Origin: Selaginella moellendorffii | Lineage: Eukaryota; Plantae; Lycopodiophyta | Reading direction: 5' to 3' | Assembly: GCF_000143415.4 (NCBI RefSeq) | Contig: NW_003314342.1 | Location: forward strand, 333,569 to 397,568 | Length of the DNA stretch: 64,000 bases | Part shown: positions 1 to 14,281 of the stretch, piece by piece | Layout: every line of letters begins with the position of its first letter | Position numbering within the stretch: the first letter of the stretch is position 1 | Program-made: the position numbers and the translations under genes | Notes under the pieces: generated by a model | The model's database searches: none | What the model was told of the DNA's origin: nothing | Seen by the model: only the letters and a program-made list of their open reading frames with translations

Positions 1-533
1 TGTATCAAGCACGCAAGAACGAGAGTTGTGCAGAATGATCTCTCTTGGAAGAGACAAAAGCATGAAATAACTCTGGGACATATCTGTCGCGTCTATTTTT
101 GTCTTTTCTTTTTTCTTCTCGATGCCCACAATGGGTGATGGAGCACCCAACATGTCACAAGCACACTCATCAATCAATCAAAAAAAAAAAAAAAAAAAAC
201 GGAAGAGAAAGAAGAAATAAAAAAAACAATAATCTTGTGCTTAATGTCATAAACATGCACGTGGTTTCTAACCTCTCTACAACTTAAAGAGTATAAAAGA
301 ATTCCATGCTTGGGTGAAATATAAAGAAGAGGCATTGAATGAGCTCAGTAAGAAGCTCCTCACAAGCAGAAATAAACTTATCCTTTGGGCGAAGCTCTAG
401 CGATGGCTGTTCTAGCATATAGATAGAAGCATAGATCTTACAAGAGAGCTATAGCTCTCCCAGAATTTGGGAGGAGCTTTGATGTAGAGAGCCTGAAGAG
501 AAGTGTTGATCGCTACTACTTACAAACTATATT

Positions 534-2465
534 ATGGCTATGGAGCTCCCAGGAATTGGGAGATTGGCCAAAGGAGTAGCCACGAATCGATGGATGGTCG
601 TGGTTGCCACCTTCTTCATCATGGCGTGCTCGGGCGCCACTTACAACTTTGGAATCTACTCCGACGTCGTGAAAACCAGCATGGGATACAACCAAGAGAC
701 TCTCACCACTCTGGGCTTCTTCAAAGATCTGGGAGCAAACGTCGGGATCTTCTCGGGCCTGATCTATGATCTCACTGGCCCATGGGTCGTGCTCATGTGT
801 GGAGCGATCCTCAATCTCTTCGGCTATCTCATGATCTGGCTGGCGGTGGAGCACAAGATCAGTCCCCCCGCGATCTGGAAGATGTGCCTCTTCATCTGCA
901 TCGGCGCCAATTCGCAGGCCTTCACCAACACGGGCGTGATCGTGACGAGCGTCAAGAACTTCCCAAACAATCGCGGCCTCGTGATCGGGCTCCTCAAGGG
1001 ATACGTCGGCCTCAGCGGTGCCATGCTCACTCTCTTCTACCAGGCGCTCTACGGCAATAGCCCGGACAAATTCATCCTCCTGATCGCCTGGTTCCCGTGC
1101 TTGATCTGCCTCATGTTTCTCGCGGTGATCCGGAGGATGCCACCCACCGGGCCCGAGCTGGCCGCGTCCGAGAAGAAGATCTTCCAGGCGTTTCTCTTCA
1201 TCGCGCTCGCCCTGGCGGGGTATTTGATGATCATCATCGTCGTCCAGCACCAGGTCAAAGTTCCCCGAGCTGGATTCCAGGCGCTCGCTGCGATCATGCT
1301 CTTGATTGTCATGTCGCCGCTGGCGCTCGTTGTGAGGGATGAGCTCCGGAAGATCGAGCAAGAGAAAAATCAAGAATTGAAAGAAGGGGCTAAAACAGGG
1401 GAAGAGGCTGAATCGAATTCCAAGCTCGCATTGGCAGGAAATCCAACTGACATTGGATCGATCCAACCACATGATCAGGATTCAGAGCTGGAAACGAAGA
1501 GATTCGCACTGGATTGGAAGAGAACCGAAGGAATTCCTGGCCCAAAACAGGGGATTTTGCAAGAAGGGGCAAAAACAGGGGAGGATGATTGTTCCAATTC
1601 CACTCCCAAGGAGCTGGAACTGGCAGCCGGCAAAGAATCCACCCATCCCGAGACTCTCAATCCCGAGCCGCGCAGCAAGAAATTCACGCTGGACTGGAAG
1701 AAAATCCGGAGAATTTTGTGGGAGAGGCCTGCCAGAGGCAGCGACTACAACATCCCCGACGCCATCTTCACCATCGACATGTTCTTGATCTTCGTCGCCA
1801 CCACCTGTGGCGTGGGCGGAGGCCTCATGGCGATCGATAACCTCGGCCAGATCGGCAAGGCCCTGGATCTCAAGGTCGATACATTCGTATCGCTCATCAG
1901 CATCTGGAACTTCCTGGGGAGAGTGGGGTCGGGATTCGCGTCGGAGATCGCCCTCCAGCGCTGGGGCGTGCCAAGGACCCTATTCTTCTCGCTCGTCATC
2001 GGGGTGGCCGCGATCGGGCACTTGGTCATCGCGCTCAATCTGCCCGGCGCGCTCTTCGCTGGATCCATCCTCATCGGCCTCACGTTTGGCGCGCAGTGGG
2101 CGCTCATGTTCACGATCATCTCCGAGATCTTTGGGCTCAAGTACTATGGCACGCTCTACAATGTGGGCGGCATCGCGAGCCCCGTGGGGAGCTATCTCCT
2201 CTCCGTGCGCGTTGCCGGGGCGCTCTACGACAAGGAGGCGGCCAAGGATCGAGCAAGGAGCGCTACTGTGGGGAGAATTTTTGGGAGAATTTTGGCCGTC
2301 GCCAGTGCTACCGGGAACAATTGCAAGGGCGCCCACTGCTATCGCGTCACATTCTTCATCATGGCCGCAGTAGCAGTTCTTGGCAGCGCTACTGCGCTGA
2401 TTCTCACTGTCAGGACGCGGCGATTCTACCGCAAGATCCACCTCAAGATGAAAGAAACCACATAA
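534..2465 (+). CDS. Nodulin-like / NFD4-like MFS transporter, paralog 1 (intronless)
   Basis: 643-aa ORF with family motifs RWMVVVATFFIMACSG, LGFFKDLGANVGIFSG, SVKNFPNNRGLVIGLLKGYVGLSGA, IDNLGQIG, SEIFGLKYYGTLYN and many hydrophobic helices. Confidence 0.95.
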   Translation: MAMELPGIGRLAKGVATNRWMVVVATFFIMACSGATYNFGIYSDVVKTSMGYNQETLTTLGFFKDLGANVGIFSGLIYDLTGPWVVLMCGAILNLFGYLMIWLAVEHKISPPAIWKMCLFICIGANSQAFTNTGVIVTSVKNFPNNRGLVIGLLKGYVGLSGAMLTLFYQALYGNSPDKFILLIAWFPCLICLMFLAVIRRMPPTGPELAASEKKIFQAFLFIALALAGYLMIIIVVQHQVKVPRAGFQALAAIMLLIVMSPLALVVRDELRKIEQEKNQELKEGAKTGEEAESNSKLALAGNPTDIGSIQPHDQDSELETKRFALDWKRTEGIPGPKQGILQEGAKTGEDDCSNSTPKELELAAGKESTHPETLNPEPRSKKFTLDWKKIRRILWERPARGSDYNIPDAIFTIDMFLIFVATTCGVGGGLMAIDNLGQIGKALDLKVDTFVSLISIWNFLGRVGSGFASEIALQRWGVPRTLFFSLVIGVAAIGHLVIALNLPGALFAGSILIGLTFGAQWALMFTIISEIFGLKYYGTLYNVGGIASPVGSYLLSVRVAGALYDKEAAKDRARSATVGRIFGRILAVASATGNNCKGAHCYRVTFFIMAAVAVLGSATALILTVRTRRFYRKIHLKMKETT

Positions 2466-2556
2466 ACCCTAAATTTTCGAAAAACTTGTAATAGCAATAG
2501 CGGAGAACCCTAAAATCAAAAAGAGATTATAGGGCATTTATTTTCTTCCTTCCGCC

Positions 2557-4826
2557 ATGGCGGCGAGTCTCTTCGGCATGTTCTTGCATCTCGTCGGTAA
2601 GCGCCTGATGTCTCTGCTGGATCTCCTCTATCGCGATCGCCGCAGCGTCGCAAATCGCGACTCGGATAATCTCCTTCGTCTTCAATGTTTTGGTCACGCG
2701 CCGCCTCTCCCCGGGCGACTATGGAGTAAGAATCGCGATTTCTTGTGGCTTTTTCGTGATATTTTCCTTGTCTGTGTAGTATTCTCTGCAATTCCAGCTC
2801 TTGATCACCACGATTTTATTCCTGAGCCGGGAAGGATTCCGGAGAGGTTGTCTTCGAAGCAATAACGAAGGAGAGAATGACAAGGACGGGGGAACCGCGT
2901 AAGCTCGAGTTTCTTTTGTTTGTAGCTTGTCTTCTCACTGTGATTGCTTCGACAGTGAATTCGCAAAGGTTGCCAGCGTTGCCTGGCTCACTGTCCCGGC
3001 AGGCATTGCGACATCAATCGCTTCATGTGCCATTGTTGTTCTGTGGAAAAGAGTGGAGGTCTCCAGAGCTTACGAAAGAGCTGTCATAATCTACGGTAAC
3101 CCCGAAAGCATTTTTAATCTTATGCCATCGTTTGTGATTGATCAGGTTGTGCCGCTGTGTTTGAGATCTTGAGCGAGCCATTCTATATAATCGCGCAGAA
3201 TCTGTGCCTTGTAAGGTTGCGTGTTGTCATTGAGACATCAGCTTCACTCGTTCGGTGCTTTACATCGTATGGTCTGCTCGTCAGAGGAATAGGAAAAGTA
3301 TGGCCTGCTCTTTGCTCTTGGGATTTCCTTGCTAACAAAAACTCCAGGAGGGAGGACTCGTCTTTGCGTATGGTCAAGTGGCATATGGTTTGTGCCTCTT
3401 CCTTGGGTATTGGGGATATTTTCTCGTTTTCCACCAAAGTACCAAGCGACTTCTAAACAGGTTTGCAAGCAGTATAAAGGCTAAACTCTTACTTATGGAT
3501 GATGTTCATGTCGTGCAGGAGGGTTCTCTGTCATCCTGATAAAAAGCTGCTATCAATGTGTGGACTGTTCACACTTCAATCGATTCAGAAGCTGGTTCTC
3601 CAAGAAGGGGAGAAATTTGTCCTGGTTTTCTTCGAAACAACGTATAATCAAGGAGTCTACGGTTTAGTCGAGAACCTTGGTAAGTTTCTGACTCTTTTGA
3701 ACTCAAACCCTAGACGATTTTCAACGCAGGAAGTTTAGTAGTTCGTACTCTTTTGCAACCTCTCGAGGAAAGCGTTTTCACCATGTTCTCGAAGGCTTTC
3801 CAAGGTAAAAGACAATAATGGTATGGGATCTTACATTGTCCTGTTCAGAAAAGTCCACGAAACAACAGCAGAACTTGGAGAACAGCTTTGTACTGGCCAC
3901 GAAACTCGTCAGCATTTTAGGTAAGCTTCACGTTTTTTAGCTTGTTTTCACCTTTCCAAGGCCTCACGTTCGCGGCGTTCGGTCCGAGCTATTCGTATGT
4001 TCTGCTAAAGCTACTGTACGGTGAACGATGGAGCGATGGGGAGGCTCCTATTGCTCTTGGTGTTTACTCCATTTACGTCATGGTTCTCGCGGTAAATGGT
4101 ACGCTTCTCTTTATTCTTCGGCGCCTCAATCGTGTTAATATGATTCCTGACAGGTGTTACGGAAGCCTTCCTGCACGCTGTTCTCACCAAGGAGCAGCTT
4201 GTCTCAGCAAACAGTTGGCTCCTCATGTTTTCTGTCATTCACATCGGTGTCAGCCTTGTTTCCGTCCGAATGTGGGGCTGCATTGGACTAATACTTGCAA
4301 GCGCCTTCAGTATCCTTCTTTCACTATCTTGTTTTCTTTCGCTCCTTTACGTGACTTTGCTAGATATGATCCTCCGTATTGTGTACTCGACAGTTCACAT
4401 TCAACGACTTTTGAAGGTAGAAAAAAGTCGTGAATCATTCAGTGGAGTTTCTTCGTTTTGTCAAACACTCAAGATAGTGACAACTTTTGGCAGGGAGCAC
4501 TGTGGAGGGCATTGCCCGCAAGACAAGTCTTCCTCGCACTGGCTGGAGGAGCTCTTGTGGCTCGTTTAACTGAGGGTCTGATTCTAGAAAAGAACGAGCG
4601 ATTCAACAAAACAGTTGGCCTACACGTCGCAGCGGGAGTCTTTTCCGTATCTGTTCTCGCCACTTCAATGTAATGTATATCTTTCCATCTGTAGGTAGTT
4701 TTTGTTTTTAAAATGTTGACTCAGACTTGGACTTTGTCTTTGTTCACCAGTTACAAACACGAGTCTTCCGCTATCCAGGAACTTCGAAACAACTTTCTTC
4801 CACGCAAGGACCGCAAAGACGAATAA
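2557..4826 (+). CDS. RFT1: RFT1 homolog (ER Man5GlcNAc2-PP-dolichol translocation protein), multi-exon
   Basis: Exon peptides [69 protein letters not shown] and [14 protein letters not shown], separated by GT-AG introns. Last exon ends ...PRKDRKDE* at 4826. Internal boundaries are approximate. Confidence 0.88.
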
Positions 4827-5298
4827 ACATTAGGGGGAGGATTCAAACACGCAACCCTTTGAGGTGAAAGTTCGGGCTCCGCCGCGAGGTTTGTTTTTCG
4901 TTTATCATCATCAGGGAGAAATTTCAACGAGAAAAAGGTTGAAGCTTCTAACTGTAAAACAGCGGATCATTAAGGAAAAATTCGCTCAGGTAGATACATC
5001 ACACCGATTACCTTCTTAAGAAACAGTTCAAGGGGAATATGCGGACTATTGCGTATAGAAAGCCGAGAGGAACTCCAAGCTGCGAGCCAAAGCAGCATTT
5101 CGGCAACTGTTTGTGAAACAGATCTGAATCTCAAGCCGTAGCAACTCCAGCACATCAGCAGCAATAGCAACAGCAGCAGCAGTAATTCTGGATTTAAGCA
5201 GCAGCAGTAAAGTTCCCATGGTTTTGGATCTCTCGAGGAGCAGCAGGGAAGCTTGAAACGAAGTTTGAGACACTACAGCAGGATTCTGGTTCTGGAAG

Positions 5299-7107
5299 AT
5301 GAGGTCCGTGGCACTAGCTCTTGGTAACAGCTTGAGGTCCCGATGGATGGTGGTGGTGGCAGGCGTCTTCATCATGTCCGTCTCAGGTTCCATCTACGCG
5401 TTTGGAGTTTACTCCGCCGCTCTCAAGCGAGCTCTCAACTATAACCAGAAGACTCTCACCACCATTGGCTTCTTCAAGGACTTCGGCAACATTGGGATCT
5501 TTGCTGGGATCATAGCGGACCTCTGCCCGGCCTGGGTGGTGCTCTCCATCGGCGTGGCTTTCAACTCTGTTGGCTATCTCATGATCTGGCTGGCCATGAC
5601 TCACCGCACCCGGGCTCCGGCTCTCTGGCAAATGTTCGTCTACATCACCATTGGAGGGAACTCCGTGGCCTTCACTCACTCCGGAGCTCTCGTCACTTGC
5701 GTCAAGAACTTCCCACTCCACCGGGGGATGATAGTCGGGCTTCTCAAAGGATTCCTGGGCCTCAGCACCGCCATCCTCTCGCTCTTCTACCGGGCCATCT
5801 ATGGCGACCACCCGAGCTCGTTCGTGCTGCTCATCGTCTATCTCCCGCTCGCAGTGATCCTGAGCTTCATGTTCTTCATCCGCCCCCTCCCAGTCCCCTC
5901 GGGCGGAAAGATAGAGGACGAGGCCCGGGTGTTTTACCGGCTGCTGGCCTTCGAGCTCCTGGTGGCCGGATACTTGATGCTGGTGATCCTCGTGCAACAC
6001 TCAGTGAAGCTTGACAAGGCCGTCAACGGGGGGCTCGCTGGGCTCCTCGCGCTACTCTTGTGTATCCCGTTCGCGATGGTGGTGGCGATGGAGCTGCGGA
6101 AGCTCCGAGCCGAGAAGCCTGTGGTAGACGTGGAGTCGAGCAAAGACGAAGGTGGGGACAAGGCTGGTGGTCCGATACTCGACGGTGCATACGGAGGTGG
6201 CAGCAAAGACAGGGACAAAGCACTGGCAAAGGTGGAGCCCCGAGAGTCCTCGGAAGAAGACGAGACCGTCACTGTTCCGCTGGAGGCTCCACCGCCAGCG
6301 GCAGTGCCAGAGGCAGCGCCAGTACTCCGCCGCCGCAGCATTGTCCAGAGAGCCGGCGAGCTCTTCAAGACGCCACCCATCGGCAGCGACTTCACAGTGT
6401 GGCAGGCTCTCGTCCACCTCGACTTTTGGCTGCTGTCCGCGGCGTCCACCGCGGGGCTGGGAGCCGGGCTCATGCTCATCGACAACCTCGGCCAGATTGG
6501 AAGCTCCTACGGCTACGACGCCGAGAGAACCAACACCTTCGTGTCCCTCACCAGCATCTGGAACTGCCTGGGCCGAGTTGGATCCGGCTTCGTGTCCGAG
6601 TACTTCGTCCAGCGCTATGGCCTCGCCCGGCCCTTCTTCTTCGCGCTCGCGCTGGGACTGTCCGCTATCGGCTACCTCACCATCGCCCTCGATCTTCCTG
6701 GAGCTCTCTTCGTCGGCTCCATCCTCATCGGCCTGTGCTTTGGCGCGCAGTGGGCGCTTCTCCACATCATCATCTCGGAGATATACGGGCTCAAGTACTA
6801 CGGGACGCTGCAAAGCATCATCGCCATGGCCAGTCCGCTGGGGACGTATCTCCTGTCCGTGCGGGTGGCGGGGTATATGTATGATAGGGAGGCCGCGCGG
6901 CAGCTGCCGCGCGGTACTGCGGAGTCGTGCCATGGTACCGTGTGCTACCGGACAAGCTTGTTGATTATGTGCGGGGTGTGCTGCGCGGGGTGCTTGTTGA
7001 CGCTGGTGATAACGCTGAGGACGAGGAGGTTTTACAAGAGGGAGGTTTTCGAGACGCTCAAGGCCAAGAAGATTGAGCTGGTTAATGCCAAAAAAGCATC
7101 TAGGTGA
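5299..7107 (+). CDS. Nodulin-like / NFD4-like MFS transporter, paralog 2 (intronless)
   Basis: 602-aa ORF with the same motifs as 534..2465 (CVKNFPLHRGMIVGLLKGFLGLS, IDNLGQIG, SEIYGLKYYGTL). Confidence 0.95.
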   Translation: MRSVALALGNSLRSRWMVVVAGVFIMSVSGSIYAFGVYSAALKRALNYNQKTLTTIGFFKDFGNIGIFAGIIADLCPAWVVLSIGVAFNSVGYLMIWLAMTHRTRAPALWQMFVYITIGGNSVAFTHSGALVTCVKNFPLHRGMIVGLLKGFLGLSTAILSLFYRAIYGDHPSSFVLLIVYLPLAVILSFMFFIRPLPVPSGGKIEDEARVFYRLLAFELLVAGYLMLVILVQHSVKLDKAVNGGLAGLLALLLCIPFAMVVAMELRKLRAEKPVVDVESSKDEGGDKAGGPILDGAYGGGSKDRDKALAKVEPRESSEEDETVTVPLEAPPPAAVPEAAPVLRRRSIVQRAGELFKTPPIGSDFTVWQALVHLDFWLLSAASTAGLGAGLMLIDNLGQIGSSYGYDAERTNTFVSLTSIWNCLGRVGSGFVSEYFVQRYGLARPFFFALALGLSAIGYLTIALDLPGALFVGSILIGLCFGAQWALLHIIISEIYGLKYYGTLQSIIAMASPLGTYLLSVRVAGYMYDREAARQLPRGTAESCHGTVCYRTSLLIMCGVCCAGCLLTLVITLRTRRFYKREVFETLKAKKIELVNAKKASR

Positions 7108-7323
7108 GAAATTTGTATAGAATTCACACATTATATAAAAAATACATTAGTTTTAAGACAAAATAATTAGCCAATTATTTTTTTATGGAATTGCCATTTT
7201 GCTTGGAATAATACCACATACGAATCCAATCTAAGATTGCCAATAACAAGCAGTTATGTTTAGGTTGCAAATGTTTGGGTGGAAAAAAATGCATCAAGCA
7301 CGCTGCTTAGTTGCAAAACTCTC

Positions 7324-7659
7324 AATCTTCAGCAACTACATACACCTCTAAATGTCAATCTAGAGCATTCACAAATATTGCCATATCCTCATTTAGGGGA
7401 GTAAAATCTCGCAGCAGCAATAAGTGTTAGATTGAAATTATCAGTGGATTGATAGAGATTATAGCATTGTGTGGTGTGCTAGATAAGTCGGGTTCTACTA
7501 TCTACTGTCTGCTGCACCAATTCAGCAATAGCATTGCCATGTTAGAGTGCTCAATTAGGGCTTTTGGGTGGCAATCCTAAACAAGCGGTCAATCGTTATT
7601 ATTTAAAGAAAAATATGTAGGCTCTAGATTGACACTTATGCATGTAGCTGTTGAAGATT
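7324..7659. repeat. Degenerate inverted repeat (about 40-nt arms) in an AT-rich spacer
   Basis: aatcttcagcaactacatacacctctaaatgtcaatctagagc (7324-7366) is an imperfect reverse complement of gctctagattgacacttatgcatgtagctgttgaagatt (7621-7659). Confidence 0.6.
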
Positions 7660-9087
7660 ATGGAGGTTCATGGCCAACACTCTTTAGCATGGTGTTTGTT
7701 TTAGTTGGTTGTCAATAGATAAATCATCTCATCATGGGTTCTTCCCAAATTTAAAAACGAAGAAGAAGATGCTGATGTAGCAAGAAACCCATATGGATTA
7801 AGAATTAACACGTGCCATGCATGCCAATATATATATGTTTTGAAAAAAAGTTCTATCAAAAAGATTGTTTTGTGAGTCAAAGAATATGTCTATAACAAAT
7901 TCAAGCAACACATGTGATTGCACATGCCTATATTATATGTGTATGTATACATTATCTACTTTAAAACATGTAGATAAGTTGTATGTAAAAATATTAACTT
8001 TTTGATTGCTATATAAGCAATTGAAACATAATTGTATGTATAATACTTTTGTGCATAGGGCATGTCATATTATCTTAGACAACATTAAGTCATTGCAAAT
8101 CTAACAAAGTTCTCTTTTTTTTTTTCTCATTTTTGTATCATTGAGTGTAAATTTATGATCTCCTATTGTGATCATCTCTCTTTTATTATTTTGCTTGGTT
8201 ATGCCTCATTTATCATAACTTCGAAGTGTATTTTGATTTCTTATGGTTTAGAAGTGTATTTATGATTAAACATGTGTTGCAAATCAATAGCATAAACCTT
8301 TCTTTTTTAAGTTTTTGTTTGTTGGCTTGAGTTTAATGGTTGTTACAATGATTATATTGTGGTAAACAAAAAACATTACAATGCAACATTTGCACATAGG
8401 TAAGTAGCTAATTTATATCCATTCCTATTTAATGCAAGCACTAATGTGTGTGGTTTCCATTCTAAATTTTTTCTATAGTCAAGGAGTTCAAAGTTTTATA
8501 CTAATATGAATGATACACACTTGAGTATATGGCTATAGTATAACAATTTGCTAGCTTACTGAGTCAAAAGCTCATATTGTCTTGTTGATATGAACACATT
8601 TCTGAGCAAGCCCTCTACTAGTATGCTTTGAATTTTGAAGTGCATATGAAATTATTCACCTATTTCTTTTACAGAGCATAAAAAATTGAGGCATTATTAT
8701 GCTAGGTGAGGATACTAGGATGGTAGAGTTTGCATGCAGGGATATTATATACCTCCTATGCCTTTGATGGCTTTTTCTTTAATTCAAACCCTGCTAACAT
8801 GGTAAATAAACTGAGCTGATATATATGACACTGAGGTGTAAAATGGTTTTCATACAAAATGCATAACAACAAAATGACATAAAAAAAAAAAAACATGTCC
8901 ATGTTAAAACACATAGTCACACCACCATGTTTTTCAAATTGCTTACATTCTGTAGGCCACCCATCCCAACTAGATAACCACATGTAATCACGTTAATAAT
9001 ACTTGAATTTTCTTAATTTACCTTTATGGGATAGAATTCTTGACTAAAATAGAATATTCTAATTTTCCAGAGAAATTTTTGAGAGCA

Positions 9088-10299
9088 TTGTTTCTTCTTA
9101 TTCATCGTTTAGTTTGACCCGATTTGATCATACCTTTAAGGCCTTCAGTGAGCGACTTGGATTGAAAACTGAATGCCTTGCCTGCCTGGCCAGTTAGATC
9201 CACCTAGCATCATTAGTCGTAGGCCCAAGGCTGTCTGGACCTGGAACTATTCCACCACTTGTTCGTTGGATACGGGCGGACGGGGATATGATCCAGCAAT
9301 AAACCTGGCAAAAGAAAAAGCAAGATTGTCCGGCAGAAGTGCTTGAAGATAACCGATACTGGAAAATCTCATATAGCTCTAGAGAGTGCCGTATCTAAGG
9401 ACAAAGTTGGAATCAGTGGACAGCAAAGGAGGTAGAGCTCCGTGATCAATGAGCCATTCATTTCACATTTATACATTGTTTTCATATATTTGCTTCTTAT
9501 CATATATTATTATTTCATTCATATGTAAACAGTATATGAATTGGGCCATGAATGAGGCCAATATAATCTTATTATATAGACAGTAATCTTACAAGTAACT
9601 ATTAATCAGTTAGATTGTGTAAAATTATTTTAAAACCAGAAACATTTCTCAAAAGAAAATGAAACGAGAAAAAGATGGCGAAACCTAAAACCTCAGACAT
9701 GTGACAGAATGCACATTCCCCCCCAATTGCACGCCGTACCATTCATCGGAATGCTTACAAGTTGTTGCAAAAGGTTTGTCCTGGATGTGAGGACTTTGCC
9801 ATATTCGTGTTCCTCTCGAAACAGTTTCTTCACATGCGGCAAGCTAGTATCAAAGAATATGCTTAAACATTTGAGACATTTTTTAGAAACTATTTTTATT
9901 TGACAGCGAAGCCCAGCGAGGCAAACCAGTGCCGTACATAAAATATCTTAAATTATCTTTTAAAATATTCTAAAATCCATTTTTCTTCGTCGTTCTTTCG
10001 ATGGTCATCGTCGTGCGCTGGTCCCATATGCAATCTCAAGCTTCCTTGTTTCTTCTTATTCGTCGTGTAGTTGAATCGATCATATACTTTTAGTACCTGA
10101 CTTGGATTGGAAACCGAATTGCTCACCTAGCATCATCAATGACCGGCCCAAGCGCAACCAACACCACCACCAGGAAGTGGACCACGCTCTTTAAAATCTC
10201 TCAGAGAACTACTCCAGCTAGCTGCCTCTCGACCTGTTCATTGGATACTGGCGGACGGGGATATGATCCAGCAATAAAACCTGGCAAAAGAGAACATTG

Positions 10300-10318
<19 letters not shown>
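9088..10318. repeat. Diverged direct duplication (about 260-270 bp; copies 9088-9347 and 10046-10318) of the YAK1 3' end
   Basis: Shared blocks ttgtttcttcttattc, gacttggattg, cacctagcatcat and ggcggacggggatatgatccagcaataaa occur in the same order in both copies. Confidence 0.85.
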
Positions 10319-13742
<3,424 letters not shown>

Positions 13743-14281
13743 GCCTCAAATACCGAAATTCCTGCCGTGATCCTCCAGGAGCCTCATTTTGCCCAGCCGA
13801 TCCTTCCACAGCAGCCTGCCCTGCTCGATCGTCACGGCCACGCAGCGCAATCCCCCCAAAACCCTAGGCGCTCCCCCCATATTTCCTCAAACCCTGAGCA
13901 TGGCGCTGCGGCAAAATCCCTCTCATCCCAGCGTCGCGGGCCTCACCCTAGCGCGATCGATCCAGCCGCCGCCGCCGCTGCCGCCACTCCAGCTCGCCGC
14001 AGCTCCGGCCGCCATAGCTCCTCCACGCATCCCATTGACATTGCTTCTCGACATCATCTTTGTATTTTGTTTTTTTATCCCAGGGCTAAATGAGGACGCA
14101 AAACCCGCTTGTGAACTGCCACGCCGGACGCCACGCCACCCAAAGCATCTAGACACGTCGCCGGATTGTGCGGCCGCGCCGGCGCCACGTCACACACAGA
14201 GCATATTCCACGAACAATCCGCCAAACTTTAAAATCCCGCGAACTCTCACGCTCTCTGTTCCTTCAAGTGTTTCTCTCAAC

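Noticed and set aside
4830-4890. Minus-strand ggttgcgtgtttgaatc resembling a tRNA T-arm
   Set aside because: No cloverleaf pairing; at most a degenerate tRNA/SINE remnant.
516-7131. Long antisense and alternative-frame ORFs over the MFS genes (for example 516..1472 and 6052..7131)
   Set aside because: Shadow ORFs expected from GC3-rich codon usage; no recognisable domains.
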